A DNA stretch of 64,000 bases from the human T2T-CHM13v2.0 reference genome, Homo sapiens. The stretch lies in NCBI RefSeq assembly GCF_009914755.1, contig NC_060938.1, one strand, 5' to 3'. The notes beneath the pieces were generated by a model. It did not search any database, was not told the DNA's origin, and was given only the letters and a program-made list of their open reading frames with translations. Every line of letters begins with the position of its first letter. Position 1 is the stretch's first letter. The position numbers were made by a program, and so were the translations under genes. Positions 25,301-38,973 of this stretch are shown here, piece after piece.

Positions 25301-25697
25301 GCCTGTTCCAATCAGAGATTCCCACGGAGACGCCTGCCCTGAGTCTGATTGAAAAACACTTCCCAGGTCCTCCTGGGCTTCCTCGGGACTCTGATTCTGG
25401 TGACCAGGGCAGGGTCATTTCTGTCCCCAAAGTGACACTCGGGCTTCTGTGGAGGTGAGAATGTGTCCTCTTGTCACAAAAACAAAGACACACCAGGGAA
25501 GGAAAGTGTCACATTCAGAGACATTAAACGTAAGTACAGAATTGTAAATCTGAAAGGTTCTCTGAGGAAACTTGATGAATCAGCCCCAGATGCTGAGAGA
25601 AAATCAGCCTTTAGCACCACCAGCCGCTGCCACGGAGAGCAGCCCAGTTCACAGGGCCCAGGACACCCCCTCGTGGTCTCAGATGCCCCTGCAGCGA

Positions 25698-25736
25698 GGT
25701 TTGTGTCTGGGCTCACATTGACTTCCCCTCACTGTG
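25698..25736 (-). other. 23-RSS of IGHV3-74 (CACAGTG - 23 bp - ACACAAACC)
   Basis: Heptamer 25730-25736, nonamer 25698-25706. Confidence 0.95.
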
Positions 25737-26192
25737 TCTCTTGCACAGTAATACACAGCCGTGTCCTCGGCTCTCAGACTGTTCATTTGCAGATACAGCG
25801 TGTTCTTGGCGTTGTCTCTGGAGATGGTGAATCGGCCCTTCACGGAGTCCGCGTAGCTTGTGCTACTCCCATCACTATTAATACGTGAGACCCACACCAG
25901 CCCCTTCCCTGGAGCTTGGCGGACCCAGTGCATCCAGTAGCTACTGAAGGTGAATCCAGAGGCTGCACAGGAGAGTCTCAGGGACCCCCCAGGCTGAACT
26001 AAGCCTCCCCCGGACTCCACCAGCTGCACCTCACACTGGACACCTGCAAACACAGAGACACCCTGGTCAGAAACTGCCACACACATCCACTGCTTATCTC
26101 ACTCATGTCCATTCACACTCCATATCTCCAGTTCTCCATGAATCACCTTTTAAAATAGCAACAAGGAAAACCCAGCTCAGCCCAAACTCCAT
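25737..26192 (-). CDS. IGHV3-74: Ig heavy variable segment, intact (leader exon 26192-26147, V exon 26043-25737)
   Basis: [10 protein letters not shown]...[36 protein letters not shown]...YYCAR; canonical splice sites. Confidence 0.97.
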
Positions 26193-26307
26193 GGTGAGTT
26201 CTCTGTGTGCAGTCCTGATCAGCAAGCAGAAACAGCTGGGAATCCCAGGGCTGGGGCTCCTCTCCCAGAGCTGCAGGGCTGGTTTTCTTCAGCAGAGTGA
26301 GGGCCCT

Positions 26308-26332
26308 ATTTGCATGTCTCCTACTATATATC
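26308..26332 (-). promoter_or_regulatory. VH promoter octamer ATGCAAAT with TATA-like element
   Basis: atttgcat at 26308-26315, then ctactatatat. Confidence 0.9.
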
Positions 26333-28006
26333 AAGCTCTGGGGTGAGACACCTGAAGAAAGAGCAGGACCCAGGGCAGATGAAAGTGTCCTGAGGAAGAT
26401 GGGTGACAACAATGGGATTTGAGAAATTGTGCTTATTATGAAACTGTGCTGTGATAAAATCTTCACACTGATCACCTTATTTCAGATTTACCTATGTGTG
26501 TAAATTATGTTCTGTAAGAGTCAATGTTCTCTACTTACAGATGTAAGATAAATCCACACATGGATGGGCTCTCTGTGTATCTAAGAGCTCATGTCTGGGA
26601 TGAGTGAGTTCTGGTATCTGGGCCTGCACTTCTCACCACTGGCCCTGACTCCTCCCTTAGCCAACTCCAGGACACAGCCGGCCAGGCCTAGTGTGGTTTG
26701 CAGAAGCCACTGCCTAATCAGAATATGGATGATTTTCCTGCACTCTCCTGTTTACCTTAAACTATGGAGAGAACTAGGGTTCAGGTAGATAAACTTTCAG
26801 GTATCTCTGACATTCAACATACTCATATCTATCTTTCTGTCACTCCTACATTGTCTAATTTTCAACTTGTTTCCTCATAATACATTTTATAAGATTTGAT
26901 TGACAGATTATAAACTTTACATATTTAAAGTGTAAAACTGATAATCATGGCATAACTATTACCATTATAAGGAAGGTGGACAAGTGAAATTCCCTCAACT
27001 TCTTTTCTGTCCTTCTACTTCCTATTTCTATTTCCTTATCCTTTCTCCTTCCCTTCTGCCAACATATTCCCAGGAAACTACTAATCTTCTTTATATTACT
27101 TTAGATCAGTTTTCATTTTCCAGAATTTTTAAAAATAGAATCATACATACTCTTATTTGTTTGGCTTATTTTACTCAATTTAAATACTTGATAATTTTAT
27201 CTTCTTATTTTGTGTATCAGACATTCCCTTATTATGAATGATGGGTAATATTCCAGCGAACAATGTTACCATGATTTGTTTTTCTATTAGGCAGCTGATA
27301 AATATTTGGATTCTTTTATTATTTTTGGTGTTAATAAAAATTTTGTTATTCAGGTTTGAAATGTACATAGATGAGAATTTCTTTTTTTTACAACAAGAAT
27401 AAAATCAACAATAACTGTTAATCAGAGAAAATGGACTTTTGCAAATTTTCTTTAATACTTCAGATCATTGAAATTTTAAGACAATCAACAAATCTGAAAT
27501 CTAGAGAGAGACAAGTTTTTGTAGGGAGAATCAAAGCTAGAGTATGAGCTGAACTGGGGCAGAGTTCACCAAATGCAATAAAGGCTAGTACAAGATAAAA
27601 TACACTAATATACATTGAACTGTTTTGAGTCGAGTGTGATAAGCATGTTTTTAGTGAGAAATTCTCAGGAACCACATACTGGAGAGTTTTTCTATTCTTT
27701 TGAATGCCTTTCCCTTATAATGAGAATAGTCACAAAAATCTTCCCTTCCCAAAGTGTCTGTCTGGGGTGTATCAGAGCCCACACTTCTGAAATGCTTCCA
27801 GAGCCAAGTCTCTTACACCCACTAGAGAACTAAGAAATTACTCAACAGGGGCAAACCACCAAAACCAGTATCCTAAATGCACTGGTTTAACCCCTCAGGA
27901 ACTGAGATGGGAACAGAGCTCCCCAGCAAGGTTCTACTGGGAAGCAGCTCCCCTCTCTTATGGAATCAGAGCCTTAGTCTGCAGAGCAGGGCAGCAGAGC
28001 TGGAAG

Positions 28007-29463
28007 GTGATGACACCGATGGAGAACACTGCAGCTGTGGGAGGGAACGCCAGGGAAACAGGGGGCTCCACTCCGGGGGAAGGGGAGCTGCGGAGCAAGG
28101 CAGAAAGGAGCCCCCATGTCAAACTTCGGGGTTCCAGGGAGGGAAGTGGAAGTGGCGCCTCCTTGAAAACCCGGGCAGCGGAGCAGCCGCTGTGCCCACC
28201 CCGCCTAGGGTGCGGGGTTCCTGGGCCTTGGGAGGTTCTGTGCAGGCTGCTTGGGCCGCGTCCCCAGGGTTCAGCCGCATGTCAGGGTGACCATGGAGGC
28301 CGCCACTCCCGACTACGGGCCGGGGTCGTCATCAGCTCTGCCCGGGCCTCCCTGAGCACCGGGGCAATGCGGGGAGCTTGTGGAGATGTCACTCCTGCCC
28401 TGGACGCCGGCCAGGGCCCAGAGAGGATCAGGAGCCCCTGCCCAGGCTGCAAGGAGGGGTGGAGGGGCTGATGCTCCACGGAGCCGGTGGGAGCCAGGAG
28501 CAGGCAGCAGCTCTCATCTCTCAGGTGCGGCTCCAGCTGCGCAAACCAGGGCAGTGGGCTCGGACTCTGTGCTCTTGGAGGTCGAGGAACAGGAAGGAGC
28601 CCTGCCTCCCCGGCTGTGGCTGCAGCCTCCCAAACTGCGGCTGAAGACACGGGCCTCTCGCTCCATGAAGCCGGCAGAAGCCCTGCTCCGCAAACCGGGG
28701 GCTGCGGCCTCAGGCGCCCCTGCACTCTTGGGGTCCCCAGGAAAAGCCCTGTGCTCTTGCATGCTCCGAAGTGCCTGCTCCCACTTCCTGGCTTCTTCCT
28801 GCTGCTGGTGCCTGCTCTGATCTTGGAGCAAAGTCAGGGCGGAGCCCCAGGGACCATGAACTACAACAGGAGGCAGGAAGATTCCTGTGCACAGGGGCGG
28901 GTCCCCAGGAAGGGCCTGAAGGCTGGGCCGGGGCTCCCAGATCCTCAGACCAGAGTCGGGACTTGTGGTGCTTCCTACGGCCCACCCATGAGCACCCATG
29001 GACCAATGGGCTTGCACTTCCTCCCCTCGGAGGTCCGTAAAAACCCCTGGCCTCAGCTGGAGCAGGACAGAGGATGGAGAGACGACAGGACGACCAGCTG
29101 CAGGGAGGAGCTACCCTCTCTCCTGAGAAATGGGAAGACCACAGGACGACCAGCTGCAGGGAGGAGCTACCCTCTCTCCTGAGAACTGGGAAGACCACAG
29201 GACGACCGGCTGCAGGGAGGAGCTACCCTCTCTGCTTAGAGCTGAACACTCAACCAGTCTACCTGCCTACAGAGAGGAGCTACTCACTGGGGGTCTCCTC
29301 TGAGATGCTCTAATGCTTAATGAAGCTAGGCTTTGTCTTGCTTACCCTCCACATGGCTGCATACTTCATTCTTTCCACATGTAGGACAAGAACTCAGGCA
29401 AAAGTGCCACTGGCCACAGAGGGTTCTGGCCAGAAAAAGCAACACCCCAGTGACTCAGAAACA
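28007..29463 (+). mobile_element. Long GC-rich ERV1 solo LTR (MER52/LTR1-like)
   Basis: Motifs accaatgggcttgcacttcctcccctc, agctgcagggaggagctaccctctct repeats, and a terminal cactggccacagagggttctggccagaaaaagcaacacccc; ends approximate. Confidence 0.7.
29085..29233 (+). repeat. 56-bp tandem repeat (~2.7 copies) inside the LTR
   Basis: acaggacgaccagctgcagggaggagctaccctctct... starts at 29085, 29141 and 29197. Confidence 0.9.
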
Positions 29464-32400
29464 ACCGTAGTGAATACTGTTGGCCATGGAAACATAGTAG
29501 TAATTATTTGTGTATCTAAACATAAAGAGATATAGATAAGTAAGGAAGTATAGCACCGTGGAACCACCATCTGTTACTGGCAGAAACTTTGTTATGCAGC
29601 AAATAACTGGATTTAAATTTCTGGGGGGAAAAAGCAGCCAACCAAGAACCTAAAATTGATAAAACATCTCTTATGAAATGAAGGATAGAGAAATACTTCC
29701 CAGACAAAGGAAAACTGAGGAAATTCATCATCACTAGAATTACCTCACAAGAAATGTCAAAGGATCTCAACTAGGTACCCAGTAGATTGAAGCTCCTGTT
29801 TCAGCCCCACCCTGGCATCTACCATGTGATTGTTCTGTGTAGATTTGGTTTATGCTGTCTTAGGGTTTTTCCTCTCTTGAGTCATATCTCCCTTCCCCTC
29901 CTTATTTTCAGTCTATCACCACAATTCATATTTAGCCAAGAACAGCGGAGCCTTTGGAAGAGATTCCTATCTTTCCTTCACCAGGTCTAATGAGCTCTCT
30001 TCATGGGTGTCCATCTCTGTTTTGCTTTCTCGCATTCCCGTGGGATGATGGCCTTGTTCCTATTTCAGCCCTGCCCACATTTTCATATACATGAGCCATC
30101 CTACAACCGCCCATCCAGGAACATCTGGAGGGAATGGACCTTACCACATGCCTCATCAGCGTCCATGTGCATGGTGATCATTCCTTCAGCTTTCACACAT
30201 GCTCTAGGGCTTCCCACTCAAAAGTGCCTTTCACCACCCTCCAAAACTGCAGCTCTTACACCCTCAATAACTCCGAGAGAGATTCACCTTTCTGCTCCTC
30301 TGTAACATAACACCGTGAACTGTTCCCCAGTCTCACTAAATCTATACACAAGTCACCTTGTCTTTATTTGAAGCACTTTGTGGATGGGTTCTTACACATC
30401 ATGGTTCATCTTGCAGTGTTTTGTGTAGGTAAAGGTGGCAGTGAAGTCAACTGGCAGTCACACAACACCTGACTCTTGAGCCCACAGGAGCACTGACCAT
30501 AACAATGGAAAATAATTAAAATATGCTGAAAATATGCTATATAACTCTGAGTGCTTAAAGAAACTGTGAACAAAAACAACAAATAAAAAGTGAGGATCAT
30601 ATGCAGAAAATATCTACAGAAAGGTTGTAACTGTAGTTGTGCTCATTTTATCAACAGGGTGATTTCTGAGCAACACATGAAGCTTCCAATGTGGAATCAT
30701 TTTTACTGACATAACATAAAGCAACAAAATATCAGTTTTGCGGGGTGATTAGAACAAGGGAGTGACTTGTAGTATTTGAGGTAAAAAGGTAAACAGATCC
30801 TACACAACACTGGATCTTATGGCATTGTTTCCATTTAGTGTGGAATGCACAATTCAGTAGCTCTTTATCTCAACATGATTTATTTATCAGGACTCTTCTT
30901 ACTATCATTGAATTATATATTATTTGAAGGAAAATAAATATTCAGGTGACAATTATTGTTTCTATAGTTCATGTCCAATTTCAATTATTTATGTTTTATG
31001 GATATTTCTTGACTATTTTATGGGAGTGAAAACATGTGGTGTTTAGCTTTCTGTTCCTGGCTCTTTCAATTAACATAGAGTCTTATATGTTACATGCAAG
31101 TTTCTATGAGTGACACAATTTAATCTTTCATGGCTGTGTAGAATTCCATTATGTACATATTCCACATCATCTTTCTCTACTCACCTTATATTGAACACTT
31201 CGGTTGATTCAATTACTTGGCTACTGTGAACAGGGCTGCAATAAACATGGGAGTGAAGAAATCTCATCAAAATATTGATTTTCCTCTTCAATATATTAAT
31301 TTCCTGTCCTTGGGACAAATGTTCAGTCGTAAAATTTCTGTATCATATGATTGTTGCATTTGTGGTTTTACTAACTTCTATACGTCTCTCCATAGTGGCT
31401 GTATGAGTGTACATTCTCATCAACAGTGTATACATGTCCCATTTTATCTTCATCCACATTAGCACTATTTTTATGTATTTGAATATGGCTATTCTGTCTG
31501 GGGTGAGATAATATTTCATTGTAGTTTAAATTTGTGCTTTCCTGATTATTAGCGATGGTGAGCATTTTTTCTCAAATATTTTCTGGCATCTTGTATGTGT
31601 TTCTTTGAGAAACGTCTGCTTATTTGGGTTAATTGTCTGTTATAAAATAAGATTATTTATATTTTTGTGGTTGAGACATTTATTTTTCTGGTATATTCTG
31701 GATATTAATAGCCTGTTTAATTAATAGTTTAAAATACATTTTACCACTTTTATGTTATCTATTCAATATTTGGATTATTTTACTGTGTAAACACTGTTTA
31801 GTTTGATAAAATTTAATTCGTTTGTGTTTTATTTAGTTGACTGTACTTTTGAGGTCTTATTTATAAAATTGTTTTCCAGACAGATTTCATGAAGCATTAT
31901 TTCTAAGTTTTTAAGAGCAGCTTTATAGTTTTGGGTCTTCCATTTGAGTATTTAACTTATTTTTATTTCATTTTTATATACAGTTAAATGTGGGAATGTA
32001 AGTTCATTCATCTGCATATGGATATTCAGTTTTTCCCTACACAATTTACTGAGGATACTTTTCTTTTCACAATAAATATTTTTGGTGCCTCTGTTGCAAA
32101 TAAGTTATCTATAAATATATGGATTAATGTCTTGGTTTCTCTACTTTTTTCCATGGATTTTTATGCCAGCACTACGCTGTTTTTGTTATTACAGTTTTAT
32201 AATTTTTTTTGAAATCTGGTTGTTAATACCTCCACCTCTGTTTTTTATCCACAAGACTGCATTAGTCATTTGGGGTATTTTCAATTGTATACAAATTTTA
32301 ATAATGCTTTTTAATATTTCTGTGAATAATGCCATTGGTATTTTCATAGAGATGACATTGAATATGTAGATTGTCATGTGCATTATGGTCATTCTAACAA

Positions 32401-33855
32401 TATAAATTATTCCAGTTCATGAATACAGATTGTCCTTCTTATTTTGTGTTTGTCTCATTCAATTAATTATATCAGTGTTTCATAGTTTGTTCATTTACGG
32501 ATTTTCACCTCCTTGGTGAAATGTATTCCTAGGTGTTTAATAGTTTTTGTAGTTATTGAAAATGGGATTTCTTGATTTTTTTTACCTAGTTTATTGTTTG
32601 TGTATAGAAACCCCACTGAGATTTCTATGTTGATATTGTATCTTGAAACTTTACTAAATTCATCAGCTCTAAGAGCATTTACAAGAGTCTTTAGTATATA
32701 TATGATTATGTCATCTGAAATTAGAGGTAATTTGGCTACCTTTTTTCTAATTGTAATCCCCTTTATTTCTTTCTCTTGTCTAACTGCTCTGGCTAGTACC
32801 TTCAGTACTGTGTTGAATAAGTGCTGAGAGTTGGCTTCCTTGTCTTTTCCAGTTTTCAGAAGAAAAGCATTAAACTTTTTTTCTGTTAAGTATGATGTTA
32901 GCTATGAACTTGTCATGTGGTCTTATTGTGTTGTTCTTTCTACACATAATTGAGAGTTTTTTTCATGAAGAGGTTTTGAGTTTTATAAAGTACTTATTCT
33001 GCATCTATTAAAGTAAAAATATGTTTTTCATCCTTGTCGTATATACGTGATATATCATGTTTATTCACTTGTGTATATTAAAGCATAATTGAATCCCTGG
33101 GTTGAATTCTACTTTGTCATGCTGTATTAGTATTAGTATTAGTATTTAAATGCTGTTTGATTTGCTGTGCTAGTAATTTGGGTTTTTTTATTTATGTTCA
33201 ATAGGATATAGATTTTTTAAGTGAGTCCCTCTCATTACTTTTTATTGGTCTGTTAAGGCTTTCTATTTTTTCCTTTTTCAATCTTGTTAGGTAGTATATG
33301 GCCAGGAATGTATCCAATTCCTCTAGGTTTTCACATTTATCACATAATTTATTATAGTATTTCCTAATTTATTTTAATTCTGGGATATCAGTTGAGACAT
33401 CTTCTGTTTCTACCTCATTTATTCATGTCTTAGCTCTTTATATTTTTTTTGTTAGCCCAGCTAATGGCTTTCAATTTTGCTTATCTTTTTTAAAAAGACT
33501 ATTGCTATTTTAATATTTTCTGGTATTTTTAGTCTTAATTCCATTTATATCTAATCTGCTCTTTATTGTTTTTAAAAATAATTTTGAATTTAGCTTTTTC
33601 TTGTTCTTCAAGTTCTCTAACATGCATTGTTATTTTGATTAATTAAGATATTTCTACTTTTTGATGTGGGCATTTATTGCTCTAAACTTGCCTCATAATA
33701 GTGATTTGACTAAACGCCATAAGATTTGGTATGTTGTGTTTCTTTGTTTGTTTCATACATTTTTTATTTTCTTCTTAATGTCTTCTTTCACCCATTGGCC
33801 ATGTAAGAGTGATTTGTTTAATTTTTGTGTTTATATTTTTTTGAAATTTTCTCCA

Positions 33856-34150
33856 GGCTGGGTGGTGGCTCATGCCTGTAGTCCCGGCACTTTGGAGGCC
33901 GAGGCTGGTGGATGACTTTAGGTCAGGATTTCAAGACCAGCCTGGCCAACATGGTGAAACCCCCTCTCTACTAAACATACCAAAATTAGCCAGGAGTGGT
34001 GGCAGGTGCCTGTAATTTCAGCTTATCAGGAGGCTGAGGCAGGAGAATGGTTTGAACTCGGAAGGTGGAGGTTGTAGTGAGCCGAGATTCTGTCACTGCA
34101 CTCCAGCCTGGGATACAGAGAAAGAGTCTATCTCAAAAAAAAAAAAAAAA
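33856..34150 (+). mobile_element. Alu (AluS-like)
   Basis: Full dimer with A tail; degenerate TSD gaaattttctcca / gaagttcctcca. Confidence 0.92.
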
Positions 34151-34318
34151 GAAGTTCCTCCAGTTACTGATGTTTAGTTTGATTCCATCTTTGACTCTAT
34201 CTTAGTCAGATAAAACGTCGGTATAATTTTATTTAAATTTTTTGATACATTTTCTGTATTAATATATGATCAACTCTGAAGAGTATCACATGCGCTGAAG
34301 AAAAGAATATGTGTTCTG

Positions 34319-35121
34319 CATGAAAAAATGCTCACCATCACTGGCCACCAGAGAAATGCGAATCAAAACCACAATGAGATACCATCTCACACCAGTTAGA
34401 ATGGCAATCATTAAAAAGTCAGGAAACAACAGGTGCTGGAGAGGATGTGGAGAAATAGGAACACTTTGACACTGTTGGTGGGACTGTAAACTAGTTCAAC
34501 CATTGTGGAAGTCAGTGTGGCCATTCCTCAGGGATCTAGAACTGGAAATACCATTTGACCCAGCCATCCCATTACTGGGTATATACCCAAAGGACTATAA
34601 ATCATGCTGCTATAAAGACACATGCACACGTATGTTTATTGCGGCACTATTCACAATAGCAAAGACTTGGAACCAACTCACATGTCCAACAATGATAGAC
34701 TGGATTAAGAAAATGTGGCACATATACACCATGGAATACTATGCAGCCACAAAAAATGATGAGTTCATGTCCTTTGTAGGGACATGGATGAAACTGGAAA
34801 TCATCATTCTCAGTAAACTATCGCAAGAACAAAAAACCAAACATATTCTCACTCACAGGTGGGAATTGAACAATGAGAACACATGGACACAGGAAGGGGA
34901 ACATCACACTCTGGGGACTGTTGTGGGGTGGGGGGAGAGGGGAGGGATAGCTTTAGGAGATATACCTAATGCTAAATGACGAGTTGATGGGTGCAGCACA
35001 CCAGCATGGCACATGTATACATATGTAACTAACCTGCACATTGTGCACATGTACCCTAAAACTTAAAGTATAATAATAATAAAAAAAGATAAATAAACAC
35101 ATCCATTTAATTCTTAAAAAA
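34319..35121 (+). mobile_element. Young L1PA 3' fragment with 18-bp TSD and short 3' extension
   Basis: TSD AAAAGAATATGTGTTCTG at 34301-34318 and 35122-35139; ORF2 C-terminus in ORF 34503-34979. Confidence 0.93.
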
Positions 35122-36513
35122 AAAAGAATATGTGTTCTGAAGTTGTTTGGTGCAATGGTCTGTAAATTCAGGTCCATTTGGAATATAGTGCAGTTTAAAT
35201 CCAATGTTTGTCTGTTAATTTTTGGCTAGGTAACATATCCAATGCTAAATAACGTGTTAAATTCTCCAACTATAATTGTATAAGGTTAGTATCTATCCCT
35301 TACTATGTAATAGATTTGCTTTACATATTTGAGTTCTCAGGTGTGGGTACATATGTATATATGTGTGTGTGTATATATGTATATATATACAATTATGTGT
35401 TCTTGTTACATATATATAACATATATGTATATATGTATATTTACAGTTGTTACGTATTCTTGCTACATTGATCATTTTTTATTATATAATGTCCATTTTG
35501 GTCTCCCTTTACAGCATTTGACTTAAAATTTGTGTCTGATATAAGTAGAGCTATTTGTGCTGTTGGTTTCTATTTTTGTAGCATATCTTTTTTCCACCCA
35601 CTCACTTTCAGTCTGTGTGTAGATTCTCAGATGATTTGAGTCTCTTGTAAGCAGCATAGAGTTGGGACTTTAATAAAATCAATTTTTATACTGTATTTTT
35701 AATTGAGGAATTTTATTACATAAGGTTATTATTTATAAGTATTTACTCAAATTATTTTCTTTATTGTTTTATGATTGTTTGTATATATGTATATATCTCT
35801 ATCTTTGTTTATTCTCTTTCTGTTTGGTTTTATGATTTGATGTTGTTTTGTAGTAATAATGTTTGTTTCTTTTCTCCTTTTTTAATTGTTTCTACCATTG
35901 AAATATAGGTTTTGTGTGTTTTTTTCCAAGCTGATGGTTTTCATATGCTGGCTTTTATACAAAAATTCCCTTGAATATTTCTTGTATGACTGGTCAAGTG
36001 TGAAGAAAATATCTTAGTTTATCTCACCTGAGAAATAGTTTATTTCTCTTTCATTTCGGAGAGAAAGACCATCTGGGTACACTATTTCTGAATTGCAGAT
36101 TTTTCTTACTGCTTTTTAATTTACATTCACCAATTTTACTAGAAACTCCTATAGATAACCAGATTCAAACATTGTGTTTGGATTATGTCAAAAACTAAAA
36201 CTGTTTTTCATGATGACTACACCATTTTTTAGTTGCACCATTATGAAAAACAGTATAGCAGCTCATAAATAAATCAAAAATGGAAATACAATATGACTCA
36301 GCAAACGCTTCTCTGGAAATACAGGGAAAGGAAATAAAATCATGAACTTGTAAAGACACCTGTGCTCTTATATTAATTGCAGCTCTATTTATGGCAGCCA
36401 ATATATAAAAACAACCTAAGTGTTAATGCACAAAGGGATGAAGTAAATGTGGTATAAGAAAACACTACAATATTATTCAGTCTGATAAAAAAGAGATGCT
36501 TCCATTTGCCACA

Positions 36514-36707
36514 GGCTAGTAGGACCCCCACCATCACTACCAATGCACCCCATCCATTCCAGCCCTTTCCTGGGCTGGCAGATTCAGGCCCAGTCATAAG
36601 CACTGTTTGTGATGTAGTGGCCAGAGAGAGCATAAGTGATGCAGAAGGTCAGTGTGGGCTCTTCTAGTCTGGGCCTGACTCCTGTAGCTGCTCCAAAGAC
36701 AGGGCAC
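36514..36707 (-). pseudogene. IGHVII-74-1: Truncated clan II IGHV pseudogene (FR1 to CDR2 only, no RSS)
   Basis: Acceptor ccag|gtgccctgtct, then EQLQESGP; shifted frame gives TLTFCITYALSGHYITNSAYDWA*I..RKGLEWMG; 3' side abuts L1; name from position between 3-74 and 3-75. Confidence 0.8.
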
Positions 36708-38934
36708 CTGGAGATATGAATAATCAGTCTCTGCCAGTCATGTGCAACCACATTCAACCCATAGAGCAGGGCTTTACATCTGAGACAGATTGGTGAGTTG
36801 TCAACAGGCAAAAAAAAAAAAAAAAAATCACAATAAAGTCATCTTTTTCATGAACACAACTCTGCATTTCACAAGTACTTTAGCACTATCTAAGGAGAGA
36901 GCTTTTAGCTTCCAGAATCCAAAAGTGTATTTTTTCCTAGAGCTTGAATAATAATTTTGATGTGGGACAGCCTTGTTCTTATAAGGCAGAGAAACTGAGA
37001 TCAGATTCCTGCTGTATTTTAATATTTTGCCGATTTATTTTGTGGTTGTCTTGAAGCACTCATTGCCAAAAACTATTTCCACTGCAGTTATTAAAATTGG
37101 CTCAATTTTCATTTTTCTATCTGTGACATATGAGCTTTTATGTCAAGTGACTGACATGTACACCCTACAGAAAAAATTACAAAGTAACTCTGTGAGTCAT
37201 TTGTAATTCTTAAATGCGACACTTCCATTACCATCAAGAATCTTCTGGAAAGCTTGTACTAAAAAGAAATAGTAAATAACATTCTTAAATTAAAACTAGC
37301 AAAACTTTAAGAAGCTATGAACTCCATTTTCCAAAGCTACTTGCACTAGCACTTATGACCCATGGTTCACTTCATCAGAAACACATCCAGTACCACTTTA
37401 TGATTTGGAATGTGGAAGGTCTGTGCATTTTTTTCTTTTATCTCCAGTGTTAGCATCTGCTTTATCACATGCAGACACAGCAAAATATTTTAAGAGATTG
37501 ATGTGTTAGGCAGAAACACTGAACAATACATTGAGTTTCCCTTTCCATCATATCTTCCTAAAAATTCTTTATATGGTGAAAAAGCTCCCATTCTTTATGT
37601 TGGAAGAAATATCAGAAAAAAAGAGCTTCAAAGATTGTCAAAAGGGCATTAATATTAACACTAAATGAAGCAATTACTTCACGGTATAAATTCTTAGGCA
37701 GTTAAAGTTAAAATAAGAAGGGCTAAGTAAGTTGCTAAGTTGCTTTGAGACAATTTTCCTGGGCTGCAAAGATTAATAACAAGGGTGGCAACAGTGGAAA
37801 GTTGGACTCACAGTACATGAGGACATATCCTTGTGGGGGTAGCTTTTTCCTAAAGTTGTGGTGGATTTTGTGCAAGGTTGTGTTTTTTAGGCTCTATTTG
37901 TGGTAGTTCTTGTTACCAAGTGTAAGTGTATGAGAACCCTGCTTCTATGGCCTTTCCCAGTCCCATTTGCAAAAGTTTTAACAAAAGTGACTCCGTTTTG
38001 ATTCTGACAAAATTCAAAATTTCTTCTGGTTTGCACAACAAAGAATCAATTCCACAGTCACGTTTCACTCTCACCAAACAAGCTTATGCCCTTCAGTTCC
38101 CCTGGGCCACTCAAATTTCCACATGAGTCCCCATGAAACACGGTGGAGGGTCCCAAGCACTGGGGAAAGAAGAAAGCCCCATCAGCCTCTCCCATGCGGC
38201 TGCAGGAGCCACAGCCTGAGCCCCACCTGAGCTCCAGCGGAAGAGCTTGAGCCTTGGAATTTAGACCGCATGGACCACATCTTTCTTTTTCAGGGAGCAG
38301 AAAAGAAAACGAAAAAGTGACAACAGCTGAAAAGAAAGAAAATGGATTGACAGCAAAAAGTGCAGCAGATGAGTGCTGATACTGCTTTGCATAGTCTCAT
38401 ATCAGGAGAAGGGGCAGACGTGAAACCTGTGAGCTTGTACGTGACACTGACTCTGGCCCAGCCTCTTTCTTGGCTGGAATCAGAAAAATTCCAGCCTTTT
38501 TTAATCAGGGAATGAAACGTTTTAAATCAGGGAATTATAGCCTTTTTTAATCAGGGAATTAAACTTAGTTTCCTGTCCCGAATGTGATTGGAGAAGACCC
38601 ACAAGGCACCCCTGAGCTTCCTCAGGACTCTGATCTTGGTGACCGTGGTTGAGAACTTCTCATGCCTGGAAGTGGTGATCTGCATTTTGTGCATGTGAGA
38701 CTAGGCCTTTATATTACTACCTTTTAAAAGGTGTATATTTGGAGATTTTTTTGGTAGGCACAGAACTCTAAATTAGTGAGGTTCTCTGGGAAACTGTCAG
38801 TTGGAGAGGGAAGTTACAAACACTATGAGAAAACCAGCTCCTACCCTGTATCTGCATCTGCCTCTGAGGTTGAATCTGATCAGTGGGTCCTGAGCGCCCC
38901 CGTAGCTGATTTACTTCATGTGTTTCTGCAGAGA

Positions 38935-38973
38935 GGTTTGTGTCTGGGCTCAACCTGACTTCCCTTCACTGCG
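38935..38973 (-). other. Defective 23-RSS (CGCAGTG - 23 bp - ACACAAACC)
   Basis: The invariant CAC is changed to CGC. Confidence 0.9.

Larger units (their letters stand above)
31020..36120 (-). mobile_element. Long decayed old L1M, host of the Alu and L1PA below
   Basis: Continuous antisense L1 3' UTR/ORF2 motifs; ORF 32189-32392 has IFNVISMKIPMALFTEILK. Confidence 0.75.

Noticed and set aside
27877-29313. Cluster of long overlapping ORFs (up to 231 aa)
   Set aside because: Open on both strands inside a GC-rich LTR, with no recognisable domain.
38493-38564. Three copies of aatcagggaat downstream of IGHV3-75
   Set aside because: A short slippage duplication next to a pseudogene with no functional signal.
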